Assembly (NCBI GenBank): GCA_001794755.1
Contig: MGKT01000008.1
Coordinates: 11,491 to 75,490, forward strand
Source of the DNA: Candidatus Yanofskybacteria bacterium RIFCSPLOWO2_02_FULL_44_18
GTDB taxonomy: Bacteria; Patescibacteriota; Minisyncoccia; 2-02-FULL-40-12; GWA2-44-9
Direction: 5' to 3'
DNA length: 64,000 nt
Position numbers and translations under genes: made by a program. Below, one piece after another: positions 57,036-64,000 of this stretch; the stretch's first letter is position 1, and each line of letters starts with the position of its first letter. Below the pieces are notes generated by a model, which was not told where the DNA came from, made no database searches, and worked only from the letters and a program-made list of their open reading frames with translations.

Positions 57036-57054
57036 AATCAATCGAGATTTTATA

Positions 57055-57585
57055 CTATCTCTTGCTCCATTGCGGCGATTTTCTGGCTTTTTTCTTTCCG
57101 TACTTGCGTCTTTCCTTGACCCTCGGATCTCGAGTCAGAAATCCGGCCTTTTTGAGCTTTTTCTTGAAGTTAACGTCGAATAGTATTAACGCTCTGGCCA
57201 TTCCGTGCCTGATAGATTCGGCCTGGCCTGACAGTCCCCCCCCGCTCACGACTACGGTTGCCTTGAATCTGTTTAATGATTTTAGTTTTCTTAGCGCTGA
57301 TTCGACAACTAATTTTAAATTTGAGTCCGTAAAATAATCCGAATAATTCTTATCGTTTACGGTTATTAAGGCCTGATCACTTTTAACCTGATCAGTCGAT
57401 TTCTTGGTGAAGAGCCTGATTCGAGCAATCGAATTTTTGCGTCGTCCGACGGCCTGATAAAATTTCTCCTCGCCTTCCTTTACTTCTCCCTCCTCTGGGA
57501 AAAGAACATTTTCATCGTCAACTGAATCCGCAATTATTTCCGCGGTTTCGGCCTGATTTTCGATTTTTTGTTTTTCTGTCGCCAT
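57055..57585 (-). CDS. rpsI: 30S ribosomal protein S9 with ~45-aa acidic N-terminal extension
   Basis: YQAVGRRKNSIARIRL...GGGLSGQAESIRHGMARAL...RDPRVKERRKYG. Confidence 0.85.
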   Translation of the reverse strand: MATEKQKIENQAETAEIIADSVDDENVLFPEEGEVKEGEEKFYQAVGRRKNSIARIRLFTKKSTDQVKSDQALITVNDKNYSDYFTDSNLKLVVESALRKLKSLNRFKATVVVSGGGLSGQAESIRHGMARALILFDVNFKKKLKKAGFLTRDPRVKERRKYGKKKARKSPQWSKR

Positions 57586-57923
57586 TATGCGAATTTAAGA
57601 TTTTTGATTAATTTATCTCTCATTTTGTTTTTCGGCAACATTCGATACACGCTCATACGTATCACTTCAGTCGGTCTTGAAATCCAGAGCTCTCCCAATT
57701 TTCGAGTCTTTAGGCCGCTGTGATATCCGGAATAGTGATAGTACTCTTTCTGGCGGAGCTTCTGGCCGGTGAATCGTATTTTATCGTAGTTGGTTATTTT
57801 AACGATAATTCCGGGCATTTGATTCGGCTCAAAGCTGGCCAGATGTTTTCCTCTTAATGTCGTAGCAATTTTCGTGGCCAGTCTGCCCAGCGTTTGATTT
57901 GTCGCGTCGATTATTATTTCCAT
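57585..57923 (-). CDS. rplM: 50S ribosomal protein L13
   Basis: DATNQTLGRLATKIATTLRGKH...YYHYSGY. Confidence 0.8.
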   Translation of the reverse strand: MEIIIDATNQTLGRLATKIATTLRGKHLASFEPNQMPGIIVKITNYDKIRFTGQKLRQKEYYHYSGYHSGLKTRKLGELWISRPTEVIRMSVYRMLPKNKMRDKLIKNLKFA

Positions 57924-58270
57924 GATTTTGTAAATTCAACCATTACCATGGCCGAACCGTCAGAGATTCTTCTGCCCAATTTGGTAATCCGTGTGTATCC
58001 GCTTTTAACGTCGGCAAAAAGAGGGGCGATATTTTTGGTTAATGTCGACACTGCCTTAGTTCCCAGTCCGGTTGACAATTCACGGCGGACGGCCACATCG
58101 GCATTTTTGGATTTTGTAACGAGCTTTTCGACATAAGAAGCGACGGCCTTGCCTTTAGCGGCGGTTGTTTTGATTTTGCCATGCTCAATCAGAGCGGTCG
58201 CCAGCGCTTTATGAAGCGCCTTGCGTTTGCTCCGAACTCTGCCGAATTTTCTAACGTTGCCTCTTTTCAT
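57914..58270 (-). CDS. rplQ: 50S ribosomal protein L17
   Basis: MKRGNVRKFGRVRSKRKALHKALATALIEHGKIKTT... Confidence 0.85.
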   Translation of the reverse strand: MKRGNVRKFGRVRSKRKALHKALATALIEHGKIKTTAAKGKAVASYVEKLVTKSKNADVAVRRELSTGLGTKAVSTLTKNIAPLFADVKSGYTRITKLGRRISDGSAMVMVEFTKSWK

Positions 58271-58272
58271 GA

Positions 58273-59001
58273 TTATTCCTTTTTCTTTTTGGTTTTAGTT
58301 TTCTTTTCAACGGGTTCCGGCACCTCAATCTCGGCTACGACTTTAAAATGATCGTTTAGGATATTGGCTGCGTCTCTCAATGCTTGCTCAGGTTCAATCG
58401 ATCCGTCAGTTTCGATTTCCATGGTAATCTTGTTATAGTCAATCCTTTGTCCGACACGAACGTCTTCGATGTTGAAATTGACCGTTTTCACCGGTGAAAA
58501 CATGGCATCGATGGCAATAACACCGATGGCCAATTTTTCTTTCTGTCTTTGTTCGACGGGGACATAACCGACGCCTTTTTCCACGTCCAATTCAATGGTC
58601 AAATCTGATTTCTTGTCTGTTAACGTGGCGATGTGCTGATTGGGATTAATCAACTCCACCTCTGTCGGCAGTTTTATGTCTTCTCCAGTGACGGCGCCCT
58701 CGCCCTTGGCTTGGAGAGAAACTTTAACCGGTACGTCGGAGTGGATTTTAAATTTCAATTTCTTAACATTTAGAATTATTTGGATTAAATCTTCAAGGAC
58801 TCCGCTGACGGTCGAAAATTCATGATCAACGCCTTTTATTTTGATGGCCGTGACCGCTCCGCCTTCCAATGAAGAAAGCAAAACTCGACGCAAGGGATTG
58901 GCTATTGTTGCTCCGTAGCCGGGCATTAATGGGGATATTTCGAATTTCGCCTTACTCCCGTCCTTTGACACCAGCTTGATTTGTTCCGGTAGTGTTAACA
59001 T
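58273..59001 (-). CDS. rpoA: DNA-directed RNA polymerase alpha subunit, N-terminal domain only (no alpha-CTD evident)
   Basis: ANPLRRVLLSSLEGGAVTAIKIKGVDHEFSTVSGVLEDL alpha-NTD signature. The protein ends after ~240 aa with a Lys-rich tail. Start at the ATG at 59001 (a GTG alternative at 59034). Confidence 0.8.
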   Translation of the reverse strand: MLTLPEQIKLVSKDGSKAKFEISPLMPGYGATIANPLRRVLLSSLEGGAVTAIKIKGVDHEFSTVSGVLEDLIQIILNVKKLKFKIHSDVPVKVSLQAKGEGAVTGEDIKLPTEVELINPNQHIATLTDKKSDLTIELDVEKGVGYVPVEQRQKEKLAIGVIAIDAMFSPVKTVNFNIEDVRVGQRIDYNKITMEIETDGSIEPEQALRDAANILNDHFKVVAEIEVPEPVEKKTKTKKKKE

Positions 59002-59050
59002 TTTATTTGCGACGATGCGGATTAATAATCTCACGCATGGCCGCGGTTAT

Positions 59051-59686
59051 TTATCTTGAATAATATTCAATAATGGCCTGAAGGTCGCTGACCCTTAGAC
59101 CGCTTTCTTCAACCGACGGCGAGCTTTTTACCCGGGCCGACATTTTAGATTTATCCACTTCCAGCCACGACGGTCCTTCATGCTTTGGAAACCATTGGGG
59201 CACTAATGTTGAAAAGAAGGGCATCTTCATACTTCCTTCTCGAATACTGACAATGTCGTTATGCCTGACATGAGAAGAAACGATGGAATTTTTACGCCCG
59301 TTGACCAAAATGTGGCCATGGTTAACCAACTGCCGCGCCTGATCACGCGATTGGGCCAAACCCATCCGATATACGACGTTATCCAGCCTGTACTCGAGCT
59401 GATGGATTATTCCGTCATACGGATCCTTTTTTGAAGCCAGTGTCGATTTAACATAGCCCTTGAACTGACGCTCCAAAAGACGATACGTATTTCTTACTTT
59501 CTGTTTAGACTGCAATTGGCTCGCGTATTCTGACATTTTGCGAGTCCCCTTTCGGCCGTGCATACCCGGCGGATACGGCCGCTTGGTCAAAGCCGATTTA
59601 GGTGAAAGCGAACGCTCGCCTTTTAAATTAAGACGCTCACCTAATCTTCTTTCTATTCTTTCTTTTGGTCCTCTGTATCTTGCCAT
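59051..59686 (-). CDS. rpsD: 30S ribosomal protein S4
   Basis: MARYRGPKERIERRLGERL... Confidence 0.9.
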   Translation of the reverse strand: MARYRGPKERIERRLGERLNLKGERSLSPKSALTKRPYPPGMHGRKGTRKMSEYASQLQSKQKVRNTYRLLERQFKGYVKSTLASKKDPYDGIIHQLEYRLDNVVYRMGLAQSRDQARQLVNHGHILVNGRKNSIVSSHVRHNDIVSIREGSMKMPFFSTLVPQWFPKHEGPSWLEVDKSKMSARVKSSPSVEESGLRVSDLQAIIEYYSR

Positions 59687-59690
59687 GTTA

Positions 59691-60128
59691 TTAAACTCGT
59701 CTTGGTTTAGGTTTTCTAACGCCGTTATGGGCGATTGGCGTGTTGTCTTGGATGGATATCACATTCAGGCCGGTTCCGGCTAAACCCCGGATAGCTGACT
59801 CGCGACCCGGACCGATGCCTTTCACAATCACTTTAATGTTTGTAAGGTTGAATTTAGCCGCCTTTTCCAAAACAGTCTTAGCCACCAGATTGGCGGCATA
59901 AGGGGTCGATTTTTTTGTTCCCTTAAAGCCCAGTGATCCGGCAGAAGCCCAAGACACGACTTCTCCTTTTGTATCAGATATGCAAATTATAGTGTTGTTG
60001 TATGAAACACTGACATGGGCAACTCCATTTATTACGTTTCGTTTGACTGACTTTTTGGGAGCCGAAGCTGCCTGCTCCGCGGGCTTGTTATCCGTTTCCG
60101 AATTGGTTATAACTTTTTTCTTACCCAT
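59691..60128 (-). CDS. rpsK: 30S ribosomal protein S11
   Basis: GVAHVSVSYNNTIICISDTKGEVVSWASAGSLGFKGTKKSTPYAA... Confidence 0.9.
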   Translation of the reverse strand: MGKKKVITNSETDNKPAEQAASAPKKSVKRNVINGVAHVSVSYNNTIICISDTKGEVVSWASAGSLGFKGTKKSTPYAANLVAKTVLEKAAKFNLTNIKVIVKGIGPGRESAIRGLAGTGLNVISIQDNTPIAHNGVRKPKPRRV

Positions 60129-60130
60129 GA

Positions 60131-60517
60131 TTATGTTTTTTCAGAGGAAGGCTTGCGACCGGAACCCATGGTTTTTCTGACGTTGCCTCTGATGGTTCGC
60201 GAATTTGTTTTTGTGCGGCCGTGAATGGGCAATCTTCGAGCATGACGCACGCCTCTCCAGGCGCCGATTTCCTTCAGCCGCTTTACATTCTGGCCGATTT
60301 CTTTTCGCAAATCACCCTCTGTTTTATACGCCGCCTCGATAATTTTCTGAATTTTATTCAACTCCTCGGTTGTTAATTCCTTTGCCCTCTTGTTCTCATC
60401 GATGTTGGCCGATCTCAAAATTATCTTACTGGCCGACAACCCTACGCCATATATGTATGGAAGTGAATATAATATTTTTTTATTGTCCGGTATGTCTATA
60501 CCTAAAATTCGCGGCAT
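60131..60517 (-). CDS. rpsM: 30S ribosomal protein S13
   Basis: MPRILGIDIPDNKKILYSLPYIYGVG... Confidence 0.9.
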   Translation of the reverse strand: MPRILGIDIPDNKKILYSLPYIYGVGLSASKIILRSANIDENKRAKELTTEELNKIQKIIEAAYKTEGDLRKEIGQNVKRLKEIGAWRGVRHARRLPIHGRTKTNSRTIRGNVRKTMGSGRKPSSEKT

Positions 60518-60520
60518 ATA

Positions 60521-60634
60521 TTAACCTTGTCTTTGTTTGTGTTTAGGGTTTTTGCAAATGCAGTATACCCGGCCTTTGCGCCTGACCAGTTTACAGCTTG
60601 CGCACATTGTTTTGACTGATGCTCTTACTTTCAT
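60521..60634 (-). CDS. rpmJ: 50S ribosomal protein L36
   Basis: 37-aa ORF not in the ORF track. Translated by hand from the minus strand as [37 protein letters not shown], in the expected slot between infA and rpsM. Confidence 0.8.
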   Translation of the reverse strand: MKVRASVKTMCASCKLVRRKGRVYCICKNPKHKQRQG

Positions 60635-60636
60635 AA

Positions 60637-60852
60637 TTAATATCTATACACGATTCTTCCCTTCATTTTGTCGGGGCTAAGCTCGAGAGCGACCTTGTCT
60701 CCGATCATGACTTTTATGTAATGAAGCCGCATCTTGCCGGCTAAATACGCCAGGATAACAGAACCGTCTTCGAGCTGGACTCTAAATTTTGTGTCCGGCA
60801 AGGATTCTATAACTTGGCCATTTACCCTGTCTTTTTTTTGCTGGTCAATCAT
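60637..60852 (-). CDS. infA: Translation initiation factor IF-1
   Basis: S1-like OB fold. [41 protein letters not shown]. Confidence 0.85.
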   Translation of the reverse strand: MIDQQKKDRVNGQVIESLPDTKFRVQLEDGSVILAYLAGKMRLHYIKVMIGDKVALELSPDKMKGRIVYRY

Positions 60853-60931
60853 GCAAAGAACGGGACTAAAGCCCGTTTTAGCTTAGTAATATTAACAAAA
60901 CAGCCGTTCGATGTCAATTCCGTAGTAAACA

Positions 60932-62719
60932 TTACCTATATTCCAGTTCCAGGCTTATTTTGTCTTTGTTTTTCGGTATTTTACTTACCCAGAACGGAGA
61001 CAGCAAAACTCGTGCAGAATCGACCCCAGAAGCTGTTCCCAGATATGTCTTTATTTGAGCTTCGCTTTTTCCCGCCAGATCGGAAACTATTTTATCTTTG
61101 TTTATTTTCACATATCCCGGCCCCTTTACTGTTACATTAAAATCCATGATGTTCCCTGTACCCTGCGAAGAGATATTCGGAGATGAGTAGGATATTTCAA
61201 GCTTTTCGGGAACAACAGTAAGTCCATTATTTTTATCAACGTAAGCTGCAATAATCAGATGCAGGTCGGAATCTCTAAATGCGACGGTTTTGATAGAACC
61301 GGTGATGCTTACCGTGAACTTGTCTACGGGCTCGTCAATTTTTGCCGTTGATTCGCTTTTAATAATGCCAATGTCAGACGAGTTAACCACTCTAAGGCCC
61401 GCCGTTTCTGATCCGAGATCTTTATCGATCGCTTCTTTTAATAATTTTTTAATTTCATCGTTGGCCTTGGATATGTCGATTTCAGCTACAACTTTGGCTT
61501 TTCCGTTTGTTCCGCCGTACATTGCTTGGTTGGATTGGCCGTATACTTTAGAAGCTCTCAAGGTATCCCCTTTTTCCTGAAAAGCGGTAACGGTGAATTT
61601 GCCGGCTGAGACATTATATTCCGATCCGGATTTATCGGCGATGACTTCAACGTCAATCTTCCCCGGCGTACTTCCTTTCGAGGCCGGCACCGTTATGGAT
61701 TTAAGAGTTCTAAAAACATGTCCGTCAGCCGACGAAAAACGCGTTGTCGCCACTAAAGGCTGAACTTGTCCCAGCTCATTGTATACTGTAAGTGTGCCTC
61801 TGGCCTTCTGGGCCACATCTTTTTCTCCGGTAGCCGCAAATTCCTTGCTGATTGTTTTTTCAACAGTAAAGTATTGGCCCGGAATTTTATTAAATACAGT
61901 GTCAACCGAAGAAAAATTGTCTGACGCTGTGACTTTAATCTGGGAGTTAATATCTTTCTTGTTTGGTGCCACGATTACCTTGGCGCTTCCCGTCGTCACA
62001 TAGATGATTAATCCGATTACTATTAACGCGCCGAGGCCGAGCGTTGCATACATCGTCTTTCTTCCTTTTGGAAACGAAAAACCAAATGAATGCTTTGAAG
62101 GCCGCCGCGCCCACGTACCTTCTTTTTTCCAGACTTCTTTAAGTTCTTTAAACGAGTCAGTCACATCATCCGCGATTTGTATGCCGACGTCAGCTTCTTT
62201 TTCTTTTCTGTTTGGAAGTTTGATATTTTTCGATTCTTTTCCGGCCGGATGAACAATATCACTTCGCGCCGCCGCCGTTATGATTTCATACTCTTGATTA
62301 GAAGTTGAGACTGTATCCGCTTCATCATCCTCGAGCTCTTCATCCTCAATCTCGTTATCAACGCCATAGTCAACCACCGGATTCATTGGATCCTCATCGG
62401 GTTCTTCATCGGTCTTATCCGGAACCTGATTCACGGCAGTTATTTTTGATTTCCTGGCTGGGCTCTTCGTCAGAAGAACGTCGAATCCGTATTTGCGAGC
62501 ATAGATGTTTGTATTTTCATTGGAACAAAGAATTGAAACGGCCTTATCGGAATTTCGGGCCTCATGGCTCAAGACCATGAAATGCTGCTCGTCATTGAAG
62601 GATTTGCATTTTTTGGGCAAAACGAATATCACCTCCTTGGCTGGAGATTGCCTGAATATATTTAATATTTCCTCGAATTTGTCGTCCTTCAGGACGTTTA
62701 TTATCTTCGTCGAAGACAT
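60932..62719 (-). CDS. Hypothetical protein (595 aa): cytoplasmic N-domain, acidic linker, TM, large beta-rich exported domain
   Basis: TM LGLGALIVIGLIIYV mid-protein. No family recognised. Occupies the slot upstream of infA where map/adk/secY are usually found. Confidence 0.5.
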   Translation of the reverse strand: MSSTKIINVLKDDKFEEILNIFRQSPAKEVIFVLPKKCKSFNDEQHFMVLSHEARNSDKAVSILCSNENTNIYARKYGFDVLLTKSPARKSKITAVNQVPDKTDEEPDEDPMNPVVDYGVDNEIEDEELEDDEADTVSTSNQEYEIITAAARSDIVHPAGKESKNIKLPNRKEKEADVGIQIADDVTDSFKELKEVWKKEGTWARRPSKHSFGFSFPKGRKTMYATLGLGALIVIGLIIYVTTGSAKVIVAPNKKDINSQIKVTASDNFSSVDTVFNKIPGQYFTVEKTISKEFAATGEKDVAQKARGTLTVYNELGQVQPLVATTRFSSADGHVFRTLKSITVPASKGSTPGKIDVEVIADKSGSEYNVSAGKFTVTAFQEKGDTLRASKVYGQSNQAMYGGTNGKAKVVAEIDISKANDEIKKLLKEAIDKDLGSETAGLRVVNSSDIGIIKSESTAKIDEPVDKFTVSITGSIKTVAFRDSDLHLIIAAYVDKNNGLTVVPEKLEISYSSPNISSQGTGNIMDFNVTVKGPGYVKINKDKIVSDLAGKSEAQIKTYLGTASGVDSARVLLSPFWVSKIPKNKDKISLELEYR

Positions 62720-62732
62720 TTAATAAAAATTA

Positions 62733-63704
62733 TCACAATATTCCCGATTCGTACATATCAGATTCCAACAACTCGAGAGCCCCAGCGGCTGTTTTTGTTT
62801 CCATCAATTTTTCCCTTAGCTTTTTCGCTCCCTCCCAGCCGGAAATATAAATCTTTACGAATCTCTTCATGACATTGAAATTTTTATCAGTTCCCCAAAG
62901 TTCCAAAAAATTATTGATATGTTTTATCAGCAATTCTTTTCTCGCTTTCGGCGTTCGTTCCACAGCATTAGCGTTCATATTAAATATCCAGGGATTGTGA
63001 AAAATTCCCCGGCCAATCATAATGCCGTCTAAGTCATAATCATTGGCTTTCTGGATTGCTTCTTCTCTGGACAGGACATCTCCGTTGCCGATAGCTGTGA
63101 TGCCGGCCTTATGGCACAATGCCGCCGCTTTACCGATTTCATCCCAATGGGCCGGAACTTTTGACATTTCTTTCATCGTTCGGCCGTGGATGGTAATGGC
63201 CGCCGGTTCAGCTTCAATTAATTTTGAAATCCAATTCTCGGTTTCGATTTTATCGTAGCCTATGCGGGTTTTAACCGAGACCGGTAATGTTTTCGCGCCA
63301 CGTTTAGTCTGACGGATTATTTCTTGGGCAAGTTCCGGATTTTTGATCAAACCGGCCCCGCTGTCATGCTTGACAACTTTTCCGGCTGGACAGCCCATAT
63401 TGATATCTATGCCGTCAAAGCCAAGCTCGACGGCCAGACCGGCGCACTCATAAAAATTTTCTGGGCGGGAACCGAAAAACTGGGCCACAATCGGCCGCTC
63501 ATTTTCTTCGAGTTTAAGGTAGGGCAGTAGTCTGGGCCGGCCTTTTTCAGAACACAGCCCATCAGCTGAAATAAATTCTGTATAAAAAACATCCGGTTGG
63601 CCGGTTATAACGATAACTTGCCGAAAAGCCCAATCGGTCACATCCGCCATCGGCGCCAACACAAAAAACGGCTTATTTAATTTTCGCCAAAAATTGCTCT
63701 CCAT
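62733..63704 (-). CDS. tRNA-dihydrouridine synthase
   Basis: FVLAPMADVTDWAFRQV... and a TIM-barrel Dus signature. Start at the ATG at 63704 (the ORF track extends to 63917, overlapping alaS). Confidence 0.8.
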   Translation of the reverse strand: MESNFWRKLNKPFFVLAPMADVTDWAFRQVIVITGQPDVFYTEFISADGLCSEKGRPRLLPYLKLEENERPIVAQFFGSRPENFYECAGLAVELGFDGIDINMGCPAGKVVKHDSGAGLIKNPELAQEIIRQTKRGAKTLPVSVKTRIGYDKIETENWISKLIEAEPAAITIHGRTMKEMSKVPAHWDEIGKAAALCHKAGITAIGNGDVLSREEAIQKANDYDLDGIMIGRGIFHNPWIFNMNANAVERTPKARKELLIKHINNFLELWGTDKNFNVMKRFVKIYISGWEGAKKLREKLMETKTAAGALELLESDMYESGIL

Positions 63705-63705
63705 A

Positions 63706-64000
63706 TTATTCGATGACGGCCCGAATGCGGCGATTACCGCCGGAGACCGATTCTTCTTTGGTAATTTTAATACGGCCGATTTCGGCGGTGCGAGAAACAT
63801 GCGGACCCCCGCATATCTCCCGGCTGAAATATCCGGTATCGGGCCCAATCGTAAAGACTTTGACCATTGGCGGGTATTTGAGTTTAAAAAAGCCCGCCGC
63901 GCCGGATTTAATCGCATCCTCGTAAGGCATTTCGGTTTTTGTCACTACTACATCTTGCTCAACGATTTGATTGGCGATTTTTTCGGCTTCGCGCAATTCA
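63706..64000 (-). CDS. alaS: Alanyl-tRNA synthetase, 3-prime end (gene continues beyond window end)
   Basis: C-terminal editing-associated motif REICGGPHVSRTAEIG (CGGTHV-type) with the stop at 63706. The frame is open to the window edge. Confidence 0.75.
   Translation of the reverse strand, partial: ELREAEKIANQIVEQDVVVTKTEMPYEDAIKSGAAGFFKLKYPPMVKVFTIGPDTGYFSREICGGPHVSRTAEIGRIKITKEESVSGGNRRIRAVIE

Noticed and set aside
62733-63917. Extended Dus start at 63917
   Set aside because: The extension overlaps the alaS 3-prime end in another frame and has a Pro/Arg-rich composition. The ATG at 63704 immediately follows the alaS stop.

Overview
This is a 64-kb bacterial chromosome window, about 40-50% GC in core genes, with two tRNAs and no rRNA or CRISPR array. 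The compact gene organisation, short RpoA and DnaJ, and frequent overlapping or leaderless starts suggest a reduced-genome bacterium, possibly Patescibacteria/CPR-like; that is an inference. The window contains five blocks.

(1) 1-7.2 kb: a rearranged division/cell-wall cluster (rsmH, tRNA-Val, a small ORF, mraZ, an FtsL-like gene, ftsI, murF) with a periodic GTGG repeat array upstream of mraZ.

(2) 7.2-19.5 kb: a low-GC (~33%) integrated island starting at tRNA-Glu. It carries a large serine recombinase whose CDS overlaps the tRNA 3-prime half, a tyrosine integrase, and a zinc-ribbon/HTH protein. It also carries a Type III-like restriction-modification pair whose Res is split into a helicase ORF and a separate +1-frame PD-(D/E)xK nuclease ORF. 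A DUF3800-family protein with an overlapping partner gene, two paralogous ~60-aa proteins on opposite strands, and several orphan genes complete it. This is the most likely place for an undescribed defence module.

(3) 19.7-20.7 kb: rplU, followed by a ~0.6-kb GC-rich (~60%) self-contained cassette. The cassette has a perfect TTGACA-N17-TATAAT promoter, a single-pass membrane protein and tandem GC-rich terminators.

(4) 20.7-48.5 kb: housekeeping genes. These are recR, dnaB, cysS, an NRAMP-like transporter, CIRCE-hrcA-grpE-dnaK-dnaJ, an 886-aa protein with a 530-aa unknown N-terminal domain fused to a DnaG-like zinc finger + Toprim core, efp, fmt, def, a priA-like gene and gltX. They continue with a second GC-rich small hydrophobic ORF lacking a stop codon, an M23 peptidase, a repeat- and structure-rich 450-nt intergenic region, a DEDD exonuclease + Cas4-like nuclease pair, rpmA (25 kb away from rplU), rplI and ctpA.

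(5) 47.6-64 kb: a glycosyltransferase/LCP/O-antigen-ligase-like cell-envelope locus, mreB, and a ribosomal/RNAP cluster (rpsI, rplM, rplQ, rpoA, rpsD, rpsK, rpsM, rpmJ, infA), followed by a hypothetical gene, a Dus gene and the 3-prime end of alaS.

A ~100-nt conserved element with covarying closing stems occurs twice (28.2 kb and 48.4 kb), each ~15 nt upstream of a start codon.
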